Source: Nitrospirota bacterium (lineage in GTDB: Bacteria; Nitrospirota; Thermodesulfovibrionia; Thermodesulfovibrionales; UBA9159). Taken from it: a stretch of DNA of 64,000 nucleotides. A model generated the notes under the pieces. The model was not told the DNA's origin. It did no database searches and was given only the letters and a program-made list of their open reading frames with translations. Made by a program: the position numbers and the translations under genes. The stretch spans positions 224,001 through 288,000 of the forward strand of contig CAVOUE010000003.1 of assembly GCA_963699545.1 (NCBI GenBank), written 5' to 3'. Numbering within the stretch: position 1 is the stretch's first letter; every line of letters begins with the position of its first letter. Shown here one piece after another: positions 51,086-64,000 of this stretch.

Positions 51086-51132
51086 AGTATAACTACCATT
51101 TTAGAAGAAAACCGTGAAGGAAATGTGAAGGA

Positions 51133-51417
51133 TCATATCTTCTCCACCCCTTTGATCCCGACAAGCTTATGCCTGGAGGACAGTCCCCGAATGATATGAA
51201 TGGCGCTCTTCTTCACTCCCAGCCTCTCGGAGAGAACCTCGATGAGCTGTTCATTGGCAGCGCCCTCCGCAGGGGGAGAGGTGAGATACACTCTGACGAT
51301 ATCGCCGTCAACACCCTCGATCCCTTTTCTCGAAGAACGGGGCTGGACCTTCACCTGTATGGAGATGCCGTCCTTTGTCCTCTTGAAAGGGATCCTCATG
51401 TTGAGCACGGTCTTCAT
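51133..51417 (-). CDS. DUF167/YggU family protein
   Basis: VKVQPRSS...PPAEGAANEQLI...GLSSRHK. Confidence 0.88.
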   Translation of the reverse strand: MKTVLNMRIPFKRTKDGISIQVKVQPRSSRKGIEGVDGDIVRVYLTSPPAEGAANEQLIEVLSERLGVKKSAIHIIRGLSSRHKLVGIKGVEKI

Positions 51418-51420
51418 CCG

Positions 51421-52797
51421 TCAGTCCTTGTCTTTGGCTGCAAACTGTCTTATCGGCAGCCATACCCTTATCGCGGTCCCTTCCGCCACTTTGCTCTTTA
51501 CCTCGATCCTCCCGCCCATTATATCGACAAGCTCCTTTACGAGCGCAAGGCCTATGCCCGCTCCTCTGTCCGCCGCGCCCCTGCCCCGGTAGAATCTCAT
51601 GAATATCTTAGACACCTCGTCTTCAGGGATACCCATTCCTGTGTCCTTCACATCGACAAAAAACTCCTTGCCCTCTCTGCCATAATCGATCCATACCCCA
51701 CCTTTGCCGGTATACTTAAGGGAGTTCGCGATGATATTCTTCAGTATCCTTTCCAGTTTATCCAGATCAGCCATGACTTCCATGTCGGCCCTCTCAGCCA
51801 CAGAGAACTGAAGTCCCTTCTCATTGAATATTGGCTCCATGGAGCTTGCCGTTCCCCTGAGAAACTCCTTCAGGTTGATCCGCCGGTACTCACCCGGGGA
51901 AAAGAAACTGGCCTCTGCCTTTGTCAGGTCTTCGATCCCTTCCACGAGGTGCGTCAGCTTTTCTATCTCGTTCCTGATATTTTCGAGCCCCTCTTCCTTA
52001 TTTTCGACAACTCCGTCGATCATCGCCTCTGCCTGGGCCTTCATCACCGCAAGGGGCGTCCTCAGTTCATGGGCGACATTGGAGGTAAGGCGTTTTCTGA
52101 GCAGTTCCTCCTTCTGGAGGGCCTCAGCCATATAGTTAAAACTCTCAGAGAGTCTCCCGATCTCATCCGTTGAAACCGATGCCACCCTGGTACTGAAATC
52201 ACCCCTGGCAACCCTTTCCGCTGCGATCTTCAGCCTCCTCACCGGCCGTGAAAGGGTGAGACTCAAAAAAATTGCCATGGCCACCGCGCTTATCCCCGCA
52301 ATAAAGAAAGACATGATCAGGAAGTTCCGTCCCTTTTCCTTAAAAATTGCGCCTTTTACCTTCAGGAGTCCCTCCGTCTTAAGCGATCTGACAAGGAGCG
52401 TCCCAAGCTCACTGCCCTCCGCATACAGAGGGTATCGCTCGTATTGCCCTTCTGCGGAATGGCTGTGGACAACGGATTCCATCCTGCGCTTCATCATGGC
52501 AGGGAGGGAGTGCATTACCGCGTGGGAGCTTGTTATCTCCCGGCCCTCTCTGTCCTCCACCCTGATATCGAACCCCAGCATCATGCCCCAGTGGACCGCC
52601 TCGGACAGCAGGCTCATATCCCATCTGCCGTCCTGATAACTGCCTTCCGTCGATGCAATGACCCAGTAGAGATGGTCTTCCCTGGTACCTCTTGTATATT
52701 CATCAAAATCGCTCATGATGAGCCGCTCAAAGATAAGGTTTGAGATCAGGGCGATACCGATCACGAGAACGAATGCGAAAAAGAGCTTAGTCCTCAT
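51421..52797 (-). CDS. HAMP sensor histidine kinase (BaeS-like)
   Basis: DEIGRLSESFNYMA, AHELRTPL, NIIANSLKY, DTGMGI, GAGIGLA. Confidence 0.92.
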   Translation of the reverse strand: MRTKLFFAFVLVIGIALISNLIFERLIMSDFDEYTRGTREDHLYWVIASTEGSYQDGRWDMSLLSEAVHWGMMLGFDIRVEDREGREITSSHAVMHSLPAMMKRRMESVVHSHSAEGQYERYPLYAEGSELGTLLVRSLKTEGLLKVKGAIFKEKGRNFLIMSFFIAGISAVAMAIFLSLTLSRPVRRLKIAAERVARGDFSTRVASVSTDEIGRLSESFNYMAEALQKEELLRKRLTSNVAHELRTPLAVMKAQAEAMIDGVVENKEEGLENIRNEIEKLTHLVEGIEDLTKAEASFFSPGEYRRINLKEFLRGTASSMEPIFNEKGLQFSVAERADMEVMADLDKLERILKNIIANSLKYTGKGGVWIDYGREGKEFFVDVKDTGMGIPEDEVSKIFMRFYRGRGAADRGAGIGLALVKELVDIMGGRIEVKSKVAEGTAIRVWLPIRQFAAKDKD

Positions 52798-53492
52798 CGG
52801 AGATGCCGGTGAATTTGTAGCCCACGCCGTACACGGTCTTTATGAAGAGAGGGTTCCGCTGATCGTCCTCTATCTTCTGTCTCAGGTTCTTGATGTGGGC
52901 GTCGACGGTCCTGTCGTAGCCTTCGAAATCGTACCCCTGGACCATGTTGATAAGCTGGAGCCTGCTGAATACCCTTCCCGGCTTGTCAGCGAGGATCATC
53001 AGGATCCTGAACTCGGTGGGGGTGAGGACCGCAGGAGCGCCTTTCTTTGTCACTTCATGGTTTTCTGTGTCCATGGTGAGAAGGCCCTCATTGAAGCTCA
53101 CCACTCTCCGGATTCCTTTCTTTGTCCTCCTCAACTGCGCCTTCACCCTTGCCACAAGTTCCCTCGGGCTGAAAGGCTTGACCACATAGTCATCAGCCCC
53201 TAACCCGAGTCCCCGTATCCTGTCTTCCTCACCGCTCTTTGCGGTGAGCATGATGACAGGGGCGTCCGATGTCTCCCCTGATGGTGCTGCAGAGCTCTTC
53301 ACCCGAAATATCAGGGAGCATCAGGTCAAGGATGATCAGGTCAAAAGGCTCGTTGAGGTGCTTCATCGCCTCTTCCCCCGTGCCTGCAAGTTTTGTCACA
53401 AAGCCTTCCCTTCTCAGGTACAGCTCTACGATGTCGGAGATCTTCCTTTCGTCCTCAATGATTAATATCGTTCCTGACTTCCCAGTATCCAT
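52787..53492 (-). CDS. OmpR-family response regulator; frameshift near 53282
   Basis: ILIIEDE, DLIILDLMLP, PVIMLTAK, GADDYVVKPFSPREL, DRTVDAHIKNLR, TVYGVGY. Confidence 0.9.
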
Positions 53493-54342
53493 AGTATTTC
53501 TCCCCAATGAAAAATGTAATGGCTGCGAGGATCACTCCCCCGATGACATCGACCACGTAATGGTATCTGCAGTATACCGTAGAAAAGATCAGCATCGCCA
53601 CAAGCGGAAGGGCCACAGAGAAGAATGTCCTGTGGAACCTGTATGCAAGACCCAAGACCACCAGCGCCACCCCGGTATGCCCGCTGGGAAAGGCGTCCCT
53701 CTTAATACCCTCGATCCTGTTCAGGAGCTCCTGAATCGGTCCTGCGAGGAACAGCCCCTGGAGGTCGGTCGACTGGAGATGGCTCATGGTATAGCGGGGA
53801 CCCAGGGCGGGGAAGAGCATATAACCGATATAGGACAGATAAAAACAGAGAAGGATCATGAAGACCGTCCGCTCGAATGCCTCATTCCTTTTCTGTACCT
53901 TCAATAGAACGCCAAGGGAGATGGGCAGGAAGTAATAGCTGGTATACGCGATCTGGAGCATATCGGTGGCCAGAGGGTTCTGGAAAGACTCAAGCATAAC
54001 GGTAGGATAGCCCCTGAAGATCAGGTAGTCAAGGCGGATCAGCACGGGATCGATATCCACCGGATTGATACCGTGGACCAGCCACTGGAGACTGTCAAAT
54101 ATTACAAGCACGCACACCACCGGGAAAACCACACTGCGGACCATATCCAGAACCCTGTTCCTTGCAGCTGTTTCATGGTGTCTGATAAGGAAAAGCTGCA
54201 CGAAGAACAGGATAGAATAGATGAGAATGAGGGCCTTCACGCGGGGGATCTTATCATGAAAGCCAAGGGACACCGTCGCAAGGAAGGAAAGGAAAATGAT
54301 GGTCAGGGATTCTGCCGGCCGCAATCTCAACAATATGCTCAT
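53455..54342 (-). CDS. PAP2/Aur1-like membrane phosphoesterase
   Basis: FPALGPR, DAFPSGH, RYHYVVDVIGG. Confidence 0.85.
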   Translation of the reverse strand: MSILLRLRPAESLTIIFLSFLATVSLGFHDKIPRVKALILIYSILFFVQLFLIRHHETAARNRVLDMVRSVVFPVVCVLVIFDSLQWLVHGINPVDIDPVLIRLDYLIFRGYPTVMLESFQNPLATDMLQIAYTSYYFLPISLGVLLKVQKRNEAFERTVFMILLCFYLSYIGYMLFPALGPRYTMSHLQSTDLQGLFLAGPIQELLNRIEGIKRDAFPSGHTGVALVVLGLAYRFHRTFFSVALPLVAMLIFSTVYCRYHYVVDVIGGVILAAITFFIGEKYYGYWEVRNDINH

Positions 54343-54848
54343 CAGAGTTTTCCCAGCGCCCTTTGCATGGTCTTTTCTTTTTTTGACAACTGCCGGGCCC
54401 TGCCCCTTCCGGAGACGTCCATTGCCTCTTCATCCTCCTCTTCTGAAAGAAAGACCTCAGGACCCCGTTGCGCCCCCGCCCCTGCCGCTTCGAGGAAAGG
54501 GAGGAATCTTCCCGATCCTATGGGGACGGACCCTGTTGCCCATGCATGGCCGGCGATCTCCCTGTCGGAGCTCACCACGATCCATTCCCGCTTCTCTGAA
54601 GAAAGGATACGTTTTATCACCGCATCGGCCTTCTCTCCAAGCCCCGAATAGACGACCTTGACCCGGCCTCTGACCGAAGAATGTTCGGCGCCCCTTCCCC
54701 CCTTCCACCCGTCAAAGACCACCACGATCTCGTGGCCCTTCCGCTTCCTGTATTCGATCAGGAGCTCAATGAGCTTCTCCCTCTGCGCCTCGAGGTCTTT
54801 GTGACAGATGCCGATGAGGTTGTATCCGTCGATGATGAGGGAGGAAAT
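54342..54848 (-). CDS. NYN (YacP-like) domain protein; apparent ATT start
   Basis: Frame extends upstream of the ORF call to ISSLIIDGYNLIG; VVFDG, ADAVI, VVSSDREI. Confidence 0.8.
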   Translation of the reverse strand: MSSLIIDGYNLIGICHKDLEAQREKLIELLIEYRKRKGHEIVVVFDGWKGGRGAEHSSVRGRVKVVYSGLGEKADAVIKRILSSEKREWIVVSSDREIAGHAWATGSVPIGSGRFLPFLEAAGAGAQRGPEVFLSEEEDEEAMDVSGRGRARQLSKKEKTMQRALGKL

Positions 54849-54859
54849 AGCGTTCTCCT

Positions 54860-55417
54860 CTACGTGAAGTCTTGTATGGTGAGGAGGGAATAGACGGGGC
54901 AGCCGAGCCGCTCGATATTCTGTCTGCCGTCGAATTCGCCCCTGTCCAGGAGGATGATCACCGCGATGATCTTCAGACCCGCCTTTCGCGCCGCTTCCAT
55001 CGCCTTTATGGTCGAGCCTCCCGTAGTGACCACATCGTCAATGATGATCACCTCATCACCGGGCTGCACGTTTCCCTCGATCTGGCTCATGGTGCCGTGG
55101 CCCTTCGGCTCTTTTCGGATCACCATGGCCTCGATAGGCTCGTTCCTGGTATGCGAGGTATACGCGGTTGCCGTGGCGATGGGGTCTGCTCCCATGGTGA
55201 GCCCGCCGATGGCTTTTGGTCTCAATCCCATTTCCCTGACCTTGTCAAAGACGAGGTTGCCGATGAGATACTGCCCGATGGGTGAATAGGTCGTCTTTTT
55301 CATGTTGAAATAAAAGGTGCTCAGGTTGCCGGACGAGAGCTTAAATGTGGGCGTATCGCTTCTCTGGAAAGAGTGCGCCTTTATGTAATCAATGAGCTGT
55401 TTTCTGTGATCCATCAT
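54860..55417 (-). CDS. pyrE: Orotate phosphoribosyltransferase
   Basis: FKLSSG...FYFN, GGLTMGADP, RKEPKGHG, IIDDVVTTGGS. Confidence 0.93.
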   Translation of the reverse strand: MMDHRKQLIDYIKAHSFQRSDTPTFKLSSGNLSTFYFNMKKTTYSPIGQYLIGNLVFDKVREMGLRPKAIGGLTMGADPIATATAYTSHTRNEPIEAMVIRKEPKGHGTMSQIEGNVQPGDEVIIIDDVVTTGGSTIKAMEAARKAGLKIIAVIILLDRGEFDGRQNIERLGCPVYSLLTIQDFT

Positions 55418-55532
55418 CTCAACTATAGCAAAAAATCCCGGGGAATGGCAAAACGACACCGGATCGTGGCTCATTGTTTAAATGCGTGGCCGGATTGTAT
55501 AATTGAGTACATCTGTGCACCACGAGGCTTGC

Positions 55533-56201
55533 ATGAAACTCATACTTTTTGACATCGACGGGACATTGATGGATTCGGGAGGGGCGGGAACGAAGTCCAT
55601 GAACCTCGCCTTCGAGGAACTCTTCTCTGTCCGGGACGGGTTCAAAGGCATTAACATGGCGGGGAAGACCGACACCCAGATCATGAAAGAGGGCCTCAGA
55701 AAATACGGCTTGAATGGAGAGAACGGGAATGTCGGTCTCTTCTCTGACCGGTACATCAGCCACCTCAGGAGAGAGATCGAGACCCCGGGGAAACATCTGA
55801 AGCCCCGGATCAGGGAGTCCCTGGAGCTCCTGAGCAGCATGGACGATATCTTTCTCGGTCTCCTCACCGGAAACATAGAGGCGGGGGCACGGATAAAGCT
55901 CGGCGCATTCGGCCTCAACAGCTATTTCCCCTTTGGCGCGTTCGGCAATGACGATGAGGACAGGAACAAGCTCCTTCCTGTCGCTGCAGCGAGGTTCCGG
56001 GAGCTCCATAGGCAACATGTGGAATACAGGGACTGCATCGTTATCGGGGACACCCCAAGGGATGTGGAGTGCGCGAAGATCTATGGAGCATACGCCGTTG
56101 CTGTCGCCACGGGGCCCTACCGCTATGATTCCCTTGTCGCGTCGGGGGCGGACCTGGTGCTGAAGGATATGTCGGAGATGGACTGCTCCCTCATCCTCTA
56201 G
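55533..56201 (+). CDS. HAD-family hydrolase
   Basis: LFDIDGTL, GLLTGN, IGDTPRD. Confidence 0.9.
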   Translation: MKLILFDIDGTLMDSGGAGTKSMNLAFEELFSVRDGFKGINMAGKTDTQIMKEGLRKYGLNGENGNVGLFSDRYISHLRREIETPGKHLKPRIRESLELLSSMDDIFLGLLTGNIEAGARIKLGAFGLNSYFPFGAFGNDDEDRNKLLPVAAARFRELHRQHVEYRDCIVIGDTPRDVECAKIYGAYAVAVATGPYRYDSLVASGADLVLKDMSEMDCSLIL

Positions 56202-56262
56202 CCTGATTATTCAGGAAGAGCAAGGTCATTGGAGTCTCACCCGTCCGAGTCATGATACGTAC

Positions 56263-56365
56263 CCCTTCTCTGCTGTGCCGTCGTCCATACACCTAAAAGA
56301 CTCTGTCCCAATGATCGCTGTTGTCCGCTCTTGCGGACCGGCACACAACCCGACGTCTTGCCCTT
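56263..56365 (-). ncRNA. Diverged copy 2 (body) of the 18.2-kb structured element
   Basis: 41 of 43 nt identical to 18240-18282, then shared blocks GGGA-CAGA, TTAGGTG, GGCA-AG, GAGAAGGG. Confidence 0.6.
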
Positions 56366-56371
56366 TTGAAT

Positions 56372-56575
56372 AAAATGGGGACACATCCCATTTTCCTTTA
56401 TCTCCTTCGCCGTATCTATCTTCAGCCACCTGGCCTCAGGGGGGTTCTATAGTCTTATTAAGGAATGTGCTTCAAAGTTAACTTCTTTTTTCGGCTTAAC
56501 CCAAAACAGGGCAAGCGCAAGCCTTCGCACCTCAGTTGTTTAACTCCTGAAAATGGGATGTGTCCCTATTTTATT
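56372..56575. mobile_element. Non-autonomous REPIN/MITE-like element with the RAYT terminal repeats
   Basis: GGGACACATCCCATTTT (56378-56394) and AAAATGGGATGTGTCCC (56550-56566), identical to the 43.5/44.2 kb repeats; no transposase between. Confidence 0.8.
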
Positions 56576-56608
56576 CTATTGTCTTGCCGGGAGACGGACA
56601 CTTCCCCC
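56576..56608 (+). repeat. Detached 3' arm of the structured element
   Basis: CTATTGTCTTGCCGGGAGACGGACACTTCCCCC versus copy 1 CTATTGTCTTGCCGAGAGACGGATACCTCTCCC. Confidence 0.7.
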
Positions 56609-56625
56609 ACCCATAAGCAGGACAG

Positions 56626-57840
<1,215 letters not shown>

Positions 57841-57960
57841 CTAAAATAGTCCTGCTTTTTTTCTCAGCGAACACGGGGCTTCTCCCAAATCTCTTTTAAG
57901 GGGAATTTCGAAGGTGAGACGAAGTCCCTCCGCCTCAGGCGGATGCACGAAAGGAAACAA

Positions 57961-60220
<2,260 letters not shown>

Positions 60221-60233
60221 GGACTACAGAGCC

Positions 60234-61466
60234 ATGATCAAAAAGAACGGGAATCCACCAGCCACAACCGATATCCTGAACAAACTGACCATCGAAGACA
60301 TGGACATCAGGGGCAAGAGGGTGTTCATCCGTGTGGACTTCAACGTGCCCCTCGACGAGAACCTCAAGGTGACTGATGACCGCCGGATCCGTTCCGCTCT
60401 GCCGACGATCAACTACGCCATTGATGAAGGGGCGAAGGTGATCCTCGCCTCCCATCTCGGCAGGCCCAAGGGCAAGGTGAGCCCCAGGGCCAGCCTCGCC
60501 CCTGTCGCCAAGAGGCTCCAGCGGCTCCTGGACAAGGACGTGATCTTCGCCGATGACTGCGTCGGGCCGCAGGTCGAGAACTTCGTGTCAAAAATGAAGA
60601 GCGGCGATGTGCTCCTGCTCGAGAACCTGAGGTTCCACCAGGAAGAGGAAAAGAACGACGAAGAATTCTCAAAGGCCCTGGCAAGGCTCGCAGACGTATA
60701 CATAAATGATGCCTTTGGAGCGGCCCACCGGGCCCATGCGTCCATTGTGGGCATCACCAAATTTATCCCTGCTGCGGCGGGCTTCCTGCTGAAGCGGGAG
60801 ATAGAATACCTGAAGGGAGTGGTGCTGAACCCTGTGAGACCCTTTGTCGCGATCCTCGGCGGCGCAAAAGTCTCGGGGAAGATCGGGGTACTTGAACACT
60901 TCGTTGATAAGGTGGACAAGGTCATTGTGGGGGGCGGCATGGCGTTCACCTTCATAAAGGCCATGGGGTTTGAGATCGGCAATTCGCTCGTAGAGGCTGA
61001 TATGCTGGACTCTGCGAACGCCATCCGGGAAAAACTGATAAGGAATAATGTGAAGTTCTATCTGCCGGTGGATTGTGTCATTGCCCAGAGCATGGAGCCG
61101 GGGGTCGAAACGAAAATCGTCACCACCCAGGAGATACCAAGAGGGTGGCTTGCGCTGGACATCGGGCCTGCGTCGGTGCGGCTCTTTTCAGAGGCGATCC
61201 AGGACGCAAAGACCGTGATCTGGAACGGCCCCATGGGAGTGTTCGAGCTGGATGCGTTCTCGCGCGGGAGCTATGCCATCGCCCACTCTGTGGCGGATGC
61301 GTACGCCCTTACGATCGTGGGAGGCGGAGACACCGACCTTGCAGTGCACAAGGCCGGCGTCTCTGACTCGATATCCTTTATCTCCACGGGAGGCGGCGCA
61401 TCTCTTCAACTGCTGGAGGGAAAAGAGCTTCCCGGCATCTCAGCGCTGACAGACAGGAAAGAGTAA
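60234..61466 (+). CDS. pgk: Phosphoglycerate kinase
   Basis: RVDFNVP, SHLGRP, LLENLRF, NDAFGAAHRAHAS, WNGPMGVFE, STGGGASL. Confidence 0.98.
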   Translation: MIKKNGNPPATTDILNKLTIEDMDIRGKRVFIRVDFNVPLDENLKVTDDRRIRSALPTINYAIDEGAKVILASHLGRPKGKVSPRASLAPVAKRLQRLLDKDVIFADDCVGPQVENFVSKMKSGDVLLLENLRFHQEEEKNDEEFSKALARLADVYINDAFGAAHRAHASIVGITKFIPAAAGFLLKREIEYLKGVVLNPVRPFVAILGGAKVSGKIGVLEHFVDKVDKVIVGGGMAFTFIKAMGFEIGNSLVEADMLDSANAIREKLIRNNVKFYLPVDCVIAQSMEPGVETKIVTTQEIPRGWLALDIGPASVRLFSEAIQDAKTVIWNGPMGVFELDAFSRGSYAIAHSVADAYALTIVGGGDTDLAVHKAGVSDSISFISTGGGASLQLLEGKELPGISALTDRKE

Positions 61467-61471
61467 GCCTC

Positions 61472-61876
61472 CTACGCTGTCTGGAATTCCGGCTGATCGA
61501 CCTTGTGCGGGAATTTTATGTTCTCGTGTGAGAGGATCCCTCTTTTTATCTCCACCACAGAAGGGTTCTTGCTCTCGAACCGTTCTATGAGGAACCCGGC
61601 TGCCACCTCCGGCTTAATGATATCACCACAGGTGAAGATATCAACGGCAGCGTACCCGTGCTCCGGCCAGGTGTGTATGGACAGATGTGACTCTGCTATC
61701 ACTACCATGCCGCTGATACCAAAGGGATTAAATTCGTGGAAGGAGATATCTACGATTGTGGCCTTTGCTTCCTTGGCTGCTGAAACTAAAGCATCTCTGA
61801 CTTCTTCGAGACTCTTCAGGATTGTAGGGTTACAATCCCTCAATTCCACTAAAAGATGGGTGCCTAAAGCATACAA
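61472..61876 (-). CDS. speD: S-adenosylmethionine decarboxylase proenzyme
   Basis: GTHLLVEL, IAESHLSIHTWPEHGYAAVDIFTCG; TTG start after GGAGGG. Confidence 0.93.
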   Translation of the reverse strand: MYALGTHLLVELRDCNPTILKSLEEVRDALVSAAKEAKATIVDISFHEFNPFGISGMVVIAESHLSIHTWPEHGYAAVDIFTCGDIIKPEVAAGFLIERFESKNPSVVEIKRGILSHENIKFPHKVDQPEFQTA

Positions 61877-62170
61877 TTCCCTACCCTCCTTCAATGAAAC
61901 CTTGGGAGCGAAACACTCCCCTTTCGGTGTAAGAATTTACAGCAAAAGGATAATGTTTGTCAAGAAAAATCTTTCCCCGCTCTCACGCGAGAGCTCTGAA
62001 CTTTCCGATGACGCCGTGCGAAAAAAATGTGACCGCGCATCGACTCATGTTGCTAAGGAAAAGAATACTTTGATATAATGAAGGACCTTACGGCAATGCC
62101 GCAGGGTCCTTAACGCAAGGAATTGTTTTTATCACATTCGCTCCGCTCTACGTTTCAAGTCTACCTGATA

Positions 62171-62247
62171 GGCGGTGTAGCTCAGATGGTTAGAGCATGC
62201 GGCTCATATCCGCAGTGTCCGGGGTTCGATTCCCTGCACCGCCACCA
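62171..62247 (+). tRNA. tRNA-Met(CAT), elongator type
   Basis: GGCGGTG/CACCGCC acceptor stem, TAGCTCAG D arm, TGCGG-CTCATAT-CCGCA anticodon arm, GTTCGATTC, encoded CCA; G1-C72 paired, so not initiator. Confidence 0.93.
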
Positions 62248-62522
62248 ATTTTCTTGTCACTTTCAGCCACAAAGCGGTTTCCCCCGGTGCGCGAATGATG
62301 CACGATTTCCGAATGAAAGACACATTCCTCAAAGTGCAGGCTGCACCTGCTAAGCCGCAGCAAAGAACACAAGCAGAAACCGTTTGACTATACGAACCTC
62401 AGAGATGGTTCGTGTCTTGTCTAAGCGATAGGGGTAAATCAATAAAGGCCGACAGGCAAGACCAGTTCGGACACACGAATATTTATGCTCCGTATTCGGC
62501 TCTATTTGTTTTAGAATGGAGC

Positions 62523-63356
62523 ATGATAGAAGTCACGGACGTGACAAAAGACTACGGTAAGATACGGGCGCTGAACGCCCTTTCTTTCAAGATCGACCGC
62601 GGAGAAGTCTTCGGCCTCCTTGGGCCGAACGGCGCAGGGAAGACGACCCTGATCAAGATACTCACGACGCTGAGCAGGCCCGATTCCGGCAAGGCTGTCA
62701 TTGACAGGTTCGACGTTATAGAGCGTCCCCTCGAAATTAAGAGACGTGTCGGGGTGGTGCCGCAGGAGAACAATCTTGACAGGGAGCTCACGGCGAGGGA
62801 AAACTTGCTCATCTACGGGATGCTCCACGGGGTAACCGAGAGAGATGTAAAGATCAGTGCTGCCCTTGAAACAGTCGGCCTTTCTGAAAGGAAAGACTCG
62901 GTCGTCTCCCATTTTTCCGGTGGCATGCAGAGAAGACTGCTCCTGGCAAGGGCCCTCCTCTCCGAACCGTCCGTGCTTTTTCTCGATGAACCTTCCACAG
63001 GTCTCGACCCTCAGATCAGGCATCAGCTGTGGGACATCATCAGGAAGACAAAAAAGGAAGGACGTACGGTCATCATAACCACACATTACATTGAAGAAGC
63101 GGAAGCGCTCTCCGACAGGGTCGGTATCCTTTCCAAAGGGAGGATGATCGCCCTTGATACCCCCCACAATCTGAAGGCATGTATCGGTGAGTATGTGGTT
63201 GAGTTTGTGGACGGGACCGGGAAGCTCATCCGGCATATCTGCAGAAACCGCGACGAGGCCGGTGAAATCGCAAGAGGGATTGAGACGGCCGTAACGATCC
63301 GGCGGTCAAACCTCGAAGACGTTTTCATCAAGCTTACCGGAGAGCGCATAGAATGA
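62523..63356 (+). CDS. ABC transporter ATP-binding protein (NodI/DrrA-like)
   Basis: GPNGAGKTT, PQENNLD, FSGGMQRR, LDEPSTGLD, TTHYIEEAE. Confidence 0.92.
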   Translation: MIEVTDVTKDYGKIRALNALSFKIDRGEVFGLLGPNGAGKTTLIKILTTLSRPDSGKAVIDRFDVIERPLEIKRRVGVVPQENNLDRELTARENLLIYGMLHGVTERDVKISAALETVGLSERKDSVVSHFSGGMQRRLLLARALLSEPSVLFLDEPSTGLDPQIRHQLWDIIRKTKKEGRTVIITTHYIEEAEALSDRVGILSKGRMIALDTPHNLKACIGEYVVEFVDGTGKLIRHICRNRDEAGEIARGIETAVTIRRSNLEDVFIKLTGERIE

Positions 63357-64000
63357 AAAGCGCCCTTGAATGGTATCCGATCTTTTTACGGGAGATGCTG
63401 TTATACAAGAGACGGCTTTTGCGGCTGGGGTACCTCATCTCGACCATGTTTGTCCCGATCGTCTACCTCGTCGCCTTCGGGTTTGGCCTCGGCAAGAGCG
63501 TCCAGCTGCACGGGACGAGTTACCTCGATTTCCTCATCCCCGGTCTGGTTTCGATGAGCTCCATGCTCAATTCATACACGTGGGTGGCGAATTCCCTGAA
63601 CCTGGACAGGCTCTATTTCAAGACCTTTCAGGTCTTCATCCAGTCACCGATCAAACCTGCATCAATAATGGTCGGGGAAGTGCTCGCAAGTGTCGTCAAG
63701 GGTCTCCTCACGACCGTAGTAATCATTGTCACAGGCCTTCTCACATCCCGGGGCTTCTCGATTACTCCCCTTTTTATCCTCGCTCTGGTCCTGAACTGTT
63801 TCCTTTTTGCCAACATGGGGGTAATCACGGGAATGCTCTCCAAGTCCCACGAGGATATAGGCACCTATTCAAATTTCTTCATCCTGCCGATGGCCTTTTT
63901 CGGCGGAACCTTTTTCCCTCTGGATAAGGCGCCGCTGCTGCTGAAATCGATCATCTATCTCTTGCCTCTCACGCATACGAACGTCCTGATACGGAAGCCC
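63353..64000 (+). CDS. ABC-2 permease (runs off window)
   Basis: Manual translation MKSALEWYPIFLREM...PIVYLVAFGFGLG...YLDFLIPG...LPMAFFGGTFFP; not in the ORF track. Confidence 0.85.
   Translation, partial: MKSALEWYPIFLREMLLYKRRLLRLGYLISTMFVPIVYLVAFGFGLGKSVQLHGTSYLDFLIPGLVSMSSMLNSYTWVANSLNLDRLYFKTFQVFIQSPIKPASIMVGEVLASVVKGLLTTVVIIVTGLLTSRGFSITPLFILALVLNCFLFANMGVITGMLSKSHEDIGTYSNFFILPMAFFGGTFFPLDKAPLLLKSIIYLLPLTHTNVLIRKP

Noticed and set aside
62080-62111. Hairpin AAGGACCTTACGGCA-A-TGCCGCAGGGTCCTT upstream of the tRNA
   Set aside because: A single hairpin in the tRNA leader with nothing to support a separate RNA.
62248-62520. Riboswitch or integration site after tRNA-Met
   Set aside because: No cobalamin or other riboswitch consensus, no integrase and no tRNA 3' duplication seen.

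Overview
Gene-dense bacterial chromosomal window, mostly housekeeping and anaerobic-respiration genes. Gene content suggests a Nitrospirota/Desulfobacterota-like anaerobe (inference, not proven). Left to right: MBL hydrolase; a sigma54-promoter operon of four paralogous universal stress proteins plus a YeeE/YedE sulfur transporter, divergent from a PAS-AAA+-Fis activator; a selenocysteine formate dehydrogenase operon (fdnGHI-fdhE) sitting behind a deleted relic of a different fdh gene; ubiE/menG, bioA (with nested in-frame palindromic insertions), NUDIX; cNOR norCB and neighbours sharing a TATGA-N6-TCATA Crp/Fnr-like box; HEAT/HD-GYP pair; NodIJ-like ABC; two cold-shock genes; cyclic beta-1,2-glucan synthase; hisDC; a cupredoxin with a defensin-like Cys domain; AsmA; a RAYT-like Y1 transposase with REP-like ends; TctABC; oppDF; a two-component system; pyrE, tgt, gap, pgk, speD, tRNA-Met and a second ABC-2 system. 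About 15 one- or two-base frameshifts split otherwise intact genes and look like long-read consensus errors. Most notable: a ~155-nt structured non-coding element in two diverged copies (18.2 kb and 56.3 kb; the second apparently split by a REP-bounded inversion) whose layout recalls IS110 bridge-RNA ends, the 4xUSP-YeeE operon, a REP/RAYT repeat family, and an unannotated 23-aa ORF with a consensus promoter.
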